A stretch of 60,816 nucleotides of DNA, counting the filler. It is 4 parts of 4 records of this genome, joined end to end, with 100 filler letters (N's around TTAATTAATTAA, not from the genome) between each part and the next. Parts side by side here need not be neighbours in the genome. Positions count along the whole stretch, not along the records: positions 11,542 to 26,445 come from DRR378314_2426; 3 more parts are not named here. The stretch is one strand, 5' to 3'. The position numbers and the translations under genes are program-made. Below are positions 12,113 to 22,900 of this stretch, in pieces. Within the stretch, counting starts at the first letter, position 1. The number at the start of each line of letters is the position of its first letter. Below the pieces are notes generated by a model, which worked only from the letters and a program-made list of their open reading frames with translations, had not been told where the DNA came from and did no database searches.

Positions 12113-14151
12113 CGCGGTAGGCACTGCAGAGAGAAGAAGCAAACAGATGCGTACAACTTCACGAGGCAACGACGAATTCGACAAGATAATGTATGCAGAA
12201 ATACTTTTCGAGGCTGTCAAAAATAGCCAGGTAAAATTAACTCAGGTGAACGGCTAGAGGTGCGCGCAGCGACGGGGGGACTCGCAAACACAGCTGGAAG
12301 CAACGTGCGCCACGTGGGCGAGCTTCGAAAAGACCTAAGTGCGCCCATGCGGGACCTTGCGGAGAGTGCGGGAAGGGCGGGGGGCGCCTGGAGCACAGCC
12401 CCTCCACGCAAACCTTCTCTCTCGCCGTTTCGCGTTTCCCGAATGCTCTTGAAACCAGCTTCGCGTGCTCCGTCTGCCGTTATTTTCCTCTTTGCGTGTA
12501 TTCCACTGCTGCATACATGTCCAGCACACAATCTTGCATAAAGCGCAGGATGAGAGTACTTCAGCCCACGTGAGACTCCTGCGAAAGTCTATCAAGATAC
12601 TGAGGCAGTTCGCAAAGCAGGCAACTGCCCACTGTACGCCAGGCAATCTCTCCTCAGAAAGCCCGTGCTGGGCGACCAGGAGAATACATCGAACTAAAAA
12701 TAAGCGCTTAGCACAGTAAACGAGAATTCACGCAACTAACGAAAACAAGGACATCCAGCGTCATCAAAATCAAATCCATTCTACTGCTTGCGGAATGGGA
12801 CAACTAAACGGAGCTGTGTCTCGAGCGCACGCAACGGCAGGAGAGAGTACGCGAACCGCAACTGCACACTTTGGCTCCTATTTCATACAATTGCGTCTTC
12901 ATCGCGCAGCACGGAGTCATAATGACATGTTGATAATACTCCATTCCAGGCTGGTATTTTGTTGGACGCGACTCTGCCGCGCTACTCGAACCAATGTGCA
13001 ATCGCACTAGTGCGAATGTGAAGGCCCGCGTCCAAGGTTCCAGCAGGCACGTGCGCGCGCGAATCTGGGCCAGTTTCCGTCGCTTCAGCTCGAATAAATG
13101 TGAACGTGATGCCAGGTGAATTGCATTCTGCCGAACTGCGCAAGTTGCTTCCAGTTGGGTGTCTCACTGGGGTTCACAGCAGGTCAATCGATCCAATATT
13201 CCCTGGTCGACTACGCCAGTTTGCCCAAAGAGATTTCCCAAGAAGGCGTGAAGCACTACAGCCCGCTGCGCAGCAGCTCTCTAAGTACATGTGCGTTGAT
13301 ACAAAGTGCTCGCATGCGCAATGAACATGCTTGGCGAGAAAGAACCGGTAAGTAATCACCCTTATGAAAACCATCCATAGTTGAGTTTTGGGTGCAACCC
13401 CTTGCCCCAAAGGCCTCTCAAGTGTACGAATCTTTGCAGCAACAGTCCCCAGAAGCACCTTCACGCTCTTCCGTTCGCACCGTCGGAGGTTGATATGCTC
13501 GAGAGATTCAACGACCACACACACCTCCTACCATTCACTGCGTGCGTCGAGCATACCCGACGGTAGACAATTTGCACTTTTAGAACGCGAAGAACGCTGT
13601 TGAGAGGGGTAAAATATCCTTCTTTACCCATGATTCCGCTGCGTGTCGCAGTGGAGCGAGTTCTGCTGGTTGTTCGACCGGCGGCACCGCGGCGAGCGAT
13701 GTGCCAAGTATCTGGTTCCGTACGCGTTGCGCACACCAATCCTCACTGCTCTTATGTGATCAATTTCGTTAGCAAGACTCCACGTTCACTGGGAAATACT
13801 GGTATTGATTCTACTTTTGCTGCAGCTTTGCGCAGCGTTCAGGCGATTCTCACATCGATCAGTATGTGCAGGCTGGGCGTGTGAACACTTTCTCATTGGC
13901 CTCTGGCTGGGGTATGGACCTTGAATATCAGTGCTTGTGATACCGATTTACAAAATGTGATATACGGAGAGAAGTTGCCAACCGCTGCGCGAAGCCCCGC
14001 GTGCGCTGTGCACGCCACAGTGCTCGCGGCACGGACGAGGTGTATATCCGAGCCTGCACACGACCCCGCCCAAAGTGACGCGGGCTCCCTCTGACACTTT
14101 CTATTTCGATAATACTTGTTCAAGAAAGGCAGAGCGTGCCGGAGTGCGGCT

Positions 14152-16386
14152 ATGTCGAAGGAAAAGGGCGAGAAGTACGACTATTTGTTCAAGTTCATCG
14201 TCATTGGCGACACAGGTCCGCTCGCAACATGCTGTGTTCGCCGCGCCAGCGTCAATTTCCTCACACGAGAAAATCCTTGGCACCACCATCCTGGCCTGTG
14301 CTAAATGTTCAAAATATACACGCACAAGGGTTTTTCGCTTGCAATAAGAGATCGTATTGCCCGTGGCGTCCCGGGCGGCAGCGAGGGAGGCGCGACCTCG
14401 ATCCCTGTCGCCCTCGCTAGCGCCTGCGCGCAATCTGCGAGCTACGCGGGCCGCGAGAGTGCTTCCCCGTTAAGCTCACCTGCGCCTTTTCCTTCACTCT
14501 CTATGCATCTACAGGAACGGGAAAGTCATGTTTGTTACATAGATTTGTGGAAAACAAGTTTAAGAACGCGTCGTCACACACCATTGGCGTCGAGTTTGGA
14601 TCAAAGATTGTGTCCCTTGGTACGCGGGTCGAGCGTGGAAAAACGCACGCCAGGCACATGTAATTCGCCGCACAGCGCGCAGGCTTGCTTGCTTGCTCGC
14701 TGCGTTTCTGCGATGGCGTTCTCTGGAGCCGCGTGCAACGGCACTATTTTGGATAAGATTGCATATTTGTTCTCCTTTTTCTCTTTTCTGACCGCATACT
14801 GGCGTACTTACTGTTGTTCGCTGGCTCTTAGCGGAGAAAAAGATCAAACTGCAGATTTGGGACACTGCTGGCCAAGAACGCTTTCGGTACGTTTTTTCAG
14901 CGCTGGCGCGCGCAGCGCCCGAAATTCCTACCGCAGTGATGCTTGCGGACGCCTGACTTCTTTTTTTGTATTGCGCCGTGCTCTTTCTTTTTGTACGTGC
15001 AGTTCAGTGACACGAAGTTATTATCGCGGAACGGCCGGATGCCTCCTTGTCTACGACGTCACCAAGTACGTGCTGCCTGGCGCGACGCCTTCGCGCTCGT
15101 TCCCGCGAACAGGTCTGACCTGGCACGCTTGCTGGCCCTCTGGCTTTCTCCAGCTCACTCGCCTGGTCTTCCTCATCCTGCCCAATGCATCTCATTCCTT
15201 CTGTTAAGCCGAGACTCTTATCGGCACCTTTCTCAGTGGCTAGCGGATGCACGCAAGCTGGCGTCGGAAAAAATCGTCGCGGTGGTCGTAGGGAATAAGA
15301 CTGATCTGACTGACGACCGCGAAATCAACTTTCTGGAAGCGAGCAGGTTCGCTCAAGATCACGGTACGCCGGCATTTTGTAGCAGTCGAACGAAGTATTT
15401 TATTCGTTTCCATTGCAATTCTTATCGCAGTTGCAGCGAGCGGGCCGCACTGGTGGTTCTCAGGGTGATGTATGCGCACGAGTTCCTTCACCTGCTTCTT
15501 GCGAACCACATGCTCTGCAGGCCTCATGTTTCTCGAGACGAGCGCGCGTACTGGTGAAGGTGTAAGTGAAGTGTTCCTCAAGTGCGCACGAAGTATTTTC
15601 GCAAAAATAGAAAGCGGTACGTTAGCCACTGTGCTCACGTGCATGTCACTGACAGCGCGATGGCCTCGCGTGCCGGTGTATGCACGTAGCTGCAAGGGAG
15701 CACACGCGCGGATACGCTGGACGCGACGGTTCGTCCAGCAGCATGGTCGCTCGTCTCTGCCAGCAAGATACGGGGTATCTGAGCTAAATCTCAGTTATAC
15801 TCACACTCTATCGGATGCCAATAGTCTTGCATAAAGTGATCGGGCTGCTGGAGTACGCCCCGGAAGGTATTTGCCGCGGGTAGACCACTGTGCGCTATTT
15901 TCTCTCGTGCCTGTTGCTGCACTCGCTGCGGCTGTTGGTCGTAAAAGGCATATTCTCTCCAAACGTCTTGATGATGTGCTCCTCGTTGGTTTCTCGTCAG
16001 TTGCAATGGGAACGGTGCGAACTGGGCGCCGTATCCTGTTCCTTGCTTTCATGCATGGCCGAGAAAGGCAGCGCATCCGCGCCACGTTCAACTCGGGAGG
16101 GTTGGCCCCGAACCTGCCGTTGCTGCCACACTGCGGAGCATATTGTGGAAAAAAAAAAGAAAAAAACACATTCAAAAGCGCGCCCGGCGTACTCTGCATG
16201 ACGTGGTTGACCTTGCGTGTATTTTACCCATTGGTTTGGAATGCAGGTGAGCTGGACCCGAACACTGTCTCGTCGGGCATCCAGTACGGCTCGTACACGC
16301 GCGCGCCCGGCGCGCGTGCTGGAGACGCTGGCGGCGCGTCAGCTGCGCTCACGCCGGGCGGAACGGCACCGTCTTGTGCGTGCTGA
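14152..16386 (+). CDS. RAB4: Rab4-family small GTPase, 7 exons, 225 aa
   Basis: Exons 14152-14215, 14515-14619, 14832-14886, 15003-15065, 15209-15363, 15521-15616, 16247-16386 (678 nt). Motifs [81 protein letters not shown], and C-terminal CAC prenylation motif. Confidence 0.92.
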
Positions 16387-16962
16387 GCGCATCGATATCG
16401 CGCTGATGCACGATTCACCAGATAAGGTTTCTCGACAAGAATTTTGCAGTTGCTACCTACCGTCATGTTTTCGGAATCGCCGTCCGAACGAGGGCTCCGC
16501 GTGCTCAATGGGCTCCGCGTTCCGCGCCGGCTGTCCTTCCAGTATCGCAGAGCGTGCGCGCACGCGGTTTTTTTTTTCAGCATTCTACTCGTTGCATACG
16601 TGTAGTTGTGCGCACGAATATTGCTGTAGCACTGCCAGACCACATTCTCGCCGCGAAAACCTTTCTAGCTTATCTAATTTCGCTTGGGTAGCGAGCTGGC
16701 CCACCTCCACACTGCAAGCCAGCTGATGCCATGCTTATGCATTGTATTTGAATAAACAAGTATTCGCTGCGCAGAATCTCCAGCTCCATGAGTACATCAT
16801 AGCACATACAAGATTGAACGGCGGCTCGCACACAGATCGAGAGCGCGCACCGTTGCGCTGCGGAGCGGCTTGCAGGCGGCGACGCCGAGCGCCCGAGCAG
16901 CGCGCACACCGGCTATCCTTCTTCCCCTCATCAGCAGTCGACATGCGCCGCGCCGCGCATCG

Positions 16963-19900
16963 TCATTCGATGTGCTGCAGTAGTGCCACAACAGGCAATC
17001 AAAGACAAACACGTGCGCACAGGGCGCATCAATTTACAGCGCACGCCGCAGAAACTCCAGCATGTCTCGGAGACAGGGATACCGCTTTCGTTCGCGCGCG
17101 CGGCTGCCACCAGAGCGCGTACCTGTTCCATGTACCGGTAGAACCGCTCCGCGTACATGTGCGGGTCCACAGCAGAGATTTCCTCCTGCACAACCAAGCG
17201 TTACAAGAGTTGCTATCATGCATATAAGAGCGTATGGTAGACCATCTTCATGCTGTGCAAGCCGCGTATCGCGTGAGGAACGATGCACTTTGCCGCGTCT
17301 GGCGGCCGGCGCGGTTCGTTCCTTTCGTGCGCACACAGAACGGTAACCCTACCAAGCGACTCGGCGCACGGAATGACACGTCTGTAGAAACGTATTCGGA
17401 CCTTCTTATGGCGTATCGATTTGATAATTGTCTCCATTTTCTTCCTTCGATTATACTTTTGGAAAATATCGATGATGCCGAGAAAGTACATTTCCGGCAC
17501 GTCGCCGGGGTCGTCGTCCTCGTCGGGGCTCGAGAGCATCCCTCCATCTTGCTGCATAAACTCAGAGCGGTGATGACTACGGACGGCGGGGCGCATACCG
17601 GTCCCGCGGCGCAACAGACAGGACGTCAGCATGCAGGCGGGACCTGTTCTTGCCAATCACGCCGGAATACCTATTTTCTTGGAAATGGCTTACACATGCG
17701 AGTGCACTGGGATCCAACGCAACCAAGCACAATCAGCTCCGTGCGGTTTCGCATGGATCGCCAGTAGAACGAGTACGTACGTACAGCCATCCCGACACAC
17801 ATGGTTGCCTAAACCACTGCTACCGTAATACTGCAATCAGGATAGGTGACAAAAGCAGAATGATCTTTTGCGCGCATTGAAAGGATACAAGGCCTATCGT
17901 GAATTGGCGGGAAGAGCACGTCCACGCATGGAACGCGCTGCAGGAAAACGCAGTGCGATTGATTGCAGCCCAAAGGGGGACCTGCCCAACCCTAAAACGA
18001 GAAAATAAATAGGATATGGAACGCACATTCGATGTGACATCGATCGGTCGAACGAATTCTTCGCGAATGACTGTTTTGTAACAGTTCGCGATGATCCGGA
18101 CGATGTCGATGCACCGGTGCCCGTCGAAGTGCTCTGCAGGTGCGATTCTGGGTCTATGAAACTCGTGCGGAGTCTTGTAAAATGGATCCCTATTAGCATG
18201 GAATAGTCCATAATATTCAACGACTCGAGAAACTGGATCAGAGCAGCAATCACATACCCAGAGGCAATATTTAGGTCTCAGATCGGCGCAGCGTTCTCGC
18301 GACAACGCATTGGCTCGCCATGGCGTATACTCTCAGTGCACACAGGTGCCTTGGCGTCAGGCAGCGCAACATTCACCGCATACTGGCGTTACCGAGAAAG
18401 TCAGCAGCAGATTGCCAAACAAAAAATAAATACCCTACGATAACGTATGAACGGTACCATACGCGAAACATGTCGATGATGACGAAAAACAAAGAAAAGG
18501 AGCCATCACCGTACCTTGACATCGGCATAGATCTGCTGCAGAAGTCGCAGCCGCCGCTCAGACCCGACCACTATCGAGCGCTGGAAGTCTGCCTCTTTCA
18601 GAATTACGTCGACTTTTGCTTTTTCCTTTTCTGTGGCAGCCCTTCCGACTAGATGCAAACGTTCAAGAAAATCCGCAATGCAGCAATTGCTCATCAATTA
18701 GCACGCACGTGACCGTGAGACAAGCTGGGCGGAGCGAGAGAAGCAAAGAGGACCTATAAGCATCGAACGTTGAGCAGCTGCGGGGTGCACCGTCCATCTT
18801 CAAGGCCAACAAACCTCACACGAGTGACGCCTCGTGCGACACGACGCGCACAGCTCGAAACAAGTGACTGCGCGCGGGTAGCGTCATTTACATCACCCTT
18901 CGTGCATGCTCAAGGGCGCGGTAGAACTTGCGCCGCGCCGGCAGCCTACCACCCCGGTAGTGAGCAGCGCCTCACTTCTCTTCCGTCAACGTACCGACGG
19001 ACCCCTTGAGGTCGTAGCGCTCGTGAATGACCTTTTCCGTATCGAATACATTGGCCATGACCACCAGATGCATTTCTCTTTGCCCGATGTCGACAGTCTT
19101 GGGACGGAATCTGCAGCCCCAGTGGCGCATAGCAACAACCCACAACAAACGCGTCTCGACGCCGTCACCCTTCTTTCTTTCTTACGCAAATGCCCTCTGA
19201 CAAGATCGGCCGTGCACGAGGGCGAAGGAAAAATACCAGCAAAACCACATATTTCTCCCCAGACGCACGAAATACCACCAGAGAAGACACAGCGACGACT
19301 CGGAGAAACCGAAGCCTCTCGGACCGCCTTTCCCAACACACCTGTGCAAGCCGAGAATCCGCATGATCAGCGTATTGGGGTGGCTGCTAATATGGCGGTA
19401 GTACTGCATGAGCATGGCGCGCATGTCGCGCGCCTCCGCCTTGGATATCGCTTTCATCACAAACCGCCCGTCGTACGAGAAGTAGAACGCCTGCCCCGAC
19501 TTGCCGGGCGACGCGAGCTCGGACAGCGCGCGCCCGCCCGCAATCGATTCCGCGTACAGCTGCGACGAGATCCCAAACGCGCGCCGGATCATGCGGAACA
19601 CAAACGGCGAGTAGTCCTTGAACTCAAACGACCCGTACCCGCGCGCCGAGAGCACCGTGCGCTCATTGCCTTCCACAAAGTCACGCACAGACGGCTCGCG
19701 CGGCTGGTGGCGCCCGTAGCGGCGCGCGGACTGCCCGATGCCGACGCGAATGCACTGCGTGCGCACGAACCCGACGTCGCCCGCGTACAGCGAGCGGCCG
19801 CGGCGGAGCCGCCCGCGCAGCTTCCGCGAAGCGGCCGGCGAGAGCTCGCCGACGGCGGCAAGCGGCGAGCCGGGCGATGGAGCGCCAAACGACGCAAACG

Positions 19901-22900
19901 ACGCCCGCATCGTGCTGTCTGACCGTTCGTTACCTGACGCAGCGCGCTCAGCGAGATGCACATCGCCGCCGTGCGCGCTGGCGACACTGGGGGTGTGCCC
20001 GTCGGGAACGAGGCTTGCGTCGCGCGCGTCGCCGCTGCTCTGCCGCTGCGGTGCTTCGTCGATCGCGTCCAGCTCGCTCCCGTCGCCAAACGACCGCTCG
20101 AGACCAGAGTCGCCGCGCGAAAACTCGCTGCTGCCCGCATCGCTCGCCGTGCGGTACTCGCGCAGCTCCGCCAGCGGAACCGAGCCCGAGCGCTCGTCAG
20201 CAAACGCGGCGCGCCGGCGCGCTGCGTGGTCGCGCGCGGCGCGCGCGTCGCTGGCTGAGATCGACCACTCGCACGCCGTGCAGAAGAACGCCCCCGCGCA
20301 CACAAAAACATCGGCACCGCACTCTTCGCATGCAGACGGGCGCAGCGACTCCAATGCAGCCGTGCGGTGCGCGCGCCACGCACACTGGATTGTCCAGGCC
20401 GCTGCAAAACGCCGCGGGTCACGCGGGTCGCTGCGCGCGGCGGCGGCGTCCTCCGCGCCCGCGTCCGCGACCGGGCGCACGCGCACCCACGCCGACGCCC
20501 CGAGCACTCCGCCGCCAGCCGGAGCGTCGCGCGGGTGCGCAGGGGCGGCGTCGCTCGGCGACGACGTGAGCTCTAACCACGCCCACGGCAAGCCTGTCGT
20601 TTCAGCCACAATGACCAATACGTCGTGGACGCGCGACGAGCGCGGCAGCGACAGCGACAGCGCAAACGCGCGCGCCTCGTCGCCGGCGCCGCGTACGCAC
20701 AGCACCGGCGCGTCCGACGCCGCGCCCGCGCCCTCTTTGTGCGCCACTTTGGCACGACGCCGCAGCCGCGAGAGGAATATCGCAGAGCGCGCTGCGCGTC
20801 GCAGCGCCGCGCCGGCTCGCTTGGGCGCCGGAAGCGACCTCGCAGGCGTCTCGGCGGCGCGCGCGACCCGCGAGCGCCGCGGCCGCAGCCCGAGGTCGCT
20901 CAGCGCGCCGAACGAGCGCGGCAGCGACGGCGGCGGCGCGCCCTCGGCGCTCGCGGCCGCGGCGCCCGCAGCACCGCCGGCGGGTTTCGCGCCGTCGCCC
21001 TCGACCGCCGTCTCGAGGCGCTCGGAAGCAGCGCGGGCGGCGCGCGCAAACTGGCGCGCGCGCAGCGACCGCCGCCGCGCCGCGTCGCGAGCGCGCGCCA
21101 GGTCGAGCTCGTCGTCGCTGTCGGCGGCCGCGCCCGCCGCACCGCGGCCCAGCGGGTCGCGCCGCCACGGGCACTCGAGGCAGAAGTACTCGCTGCACAC
21201 CACAAACGTGCGCGCGCTCCCGCACGCGGGGCACGCCGCGGGCAATCCGGCGGTGACAAAGCGGTTGATGCGAAACCGCCACCATCCCTGAATCGTTCGC
21301 GCGGCGCGAATCGCGCGCGGGTCGCACAGCGTGCGCTCCATGCAGCCGCCGATCAGGTTCCACGTTGCGGCGAGCTCGGCCGCGTCCATCCCGCTGCACA
21401 CCGCCCACGTGAGCGGCGGGCGCACCGCGGCCTTGCGCGCGCGTTCGCGCTGCAGCGCGAAAAACGACTGCGGCGCCGGACTCCGCGGCGGTACGCGGAC
21501 GCCGGCGATGTCGAGCGCCTGCCGCCACGACTCGGACGCGGGCGCGCCGCCGCGCACGACGACCAGCGAGCCGCGACGAACGTTGTGCGGCGCGTCGAGG
21601 CGATGCGCCACGGGGGCCTGCGGGAACACAAACGCAATCAGGCGCCCGCTGTCGCCGAAGCCGAGCTCGTCCAGCGCGCGGTCGCCGCGAATCGCCCACA
21701 CCGGGCCGCGGCGCTGCCTGGCGCCGGCGCGCCGCGGCAGCAGCTCCGCCCAGCTGTGCGGGAAGCCGGGCGCTGGCGCCGCGCGCGCACCGACGCCCGC
21801 GGCGCGCGGGGACAACGGCGGCGCCGCGTCCCCGCGCACTGCGTCGCCCGGACGCGCGCCACGATCGCCAGACGACTGCGCGGCCGCCGCGCCGCTTGTC
21901 GCGGGAGCAGGTGCGCGCGCATCACCGCGGGAGGTGCTCGCGTCTGCGCTGCCGCCTTGCGGCTCGCCGCCGAGCGACGCATCCTCGCTCGCTGCTGCTG
22001 CTGCTGCTGGTGATGATGTGCCGACGGCGGCGGCGGCTGGTGGAGCGCCCTGCGCGTTGGCGGAATCGGAGCTCGGCGGGCGCGCGACAAACGGCCCGCG
22101 CGCGCGCTGCGACGCGATGCCGCTCACGAGCGCGTCGATCGGCGCGCAGAGCATGCGGTCCTGCGGCGACGCTGACGCGAAATCCACAAAGAACCCGTGT
22201 AGCTCCGTGCGCGGGTGGCGAAGTGTCTCCGGCGTATTGAAAAAGATCCAGTCGCGCGGCAGGCCGGTGCGCTCGGCAATCGCGGCGCGCACGTGCGCGA
22301 TCGTGGTAGAGCGCTCGGCCTCGATGTGGAGCACAAGCGGGACCGCGCCGCGCGTTCCGCGGAACGAGATGCGCACGTACACCAGGCCGCTGCGCCGCGC
22401 CAGTGCCGTGTAGCGCAGCCCGTGCACCAGTCTCGCGGGCGCGCGGAGCACCGCGCGCAAACCAGCGCCGGCGCCGTCGCTCGCCGATCCGCCCACAACG
22501 CGCGAGAACGCGCGCCGCAGCGAGCCCACGCCGTGCTCGCGCTGGCGCCGCCGCCGATCCGCCAGCTCGCGCACGCTGCTGCGCGCTCGTGCGCGCGAAT
22601 TGCTCGCCGCCGCCGCAAGAGCAGTGTGACCAAGCACAGGGGCGCTCGAGCTGCTGTGGCGACGCGCGGCGCCGGCCGTTGCTCCGGGCGGCGCCGCGGG
22701 GCCGCCGAGGGAGGCGTCGAGCGGTCCGGCGCCGGCCAGCCCCTCCGCCGCGCGGGTCGAGCGCAAGGCGCCGCGCTCTCCGCTGGCGGCCGCAGCGCGC
22801 TGGCGACGCTCGAGCTCGCGGCGCGCACTTCTCCCGATTTTTTTGCGCTGGATCACCGCATCGATCGCGGCAGCAGGGCCGTAAGCGAGCCGGATAGCGG

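Noticed and set aside
12347-13493. Possible spliced plus-strand gene (fragments GWYFVGRDS, LGVSLGFTAGQSIQY, EFWVQPLAPK), perhaps using GC donors
   Set aside because: I could not build a phase-consistent model or recognise a family. RNA-seq is needed.
14820-14845. Possible frameshift or non-canonical acceptor in Rab4 exon 3
   Set aside because: Recounting the A-run shows the canonical AG at 14830-14831 gives the correct frame ([12 protein letters not shown]).
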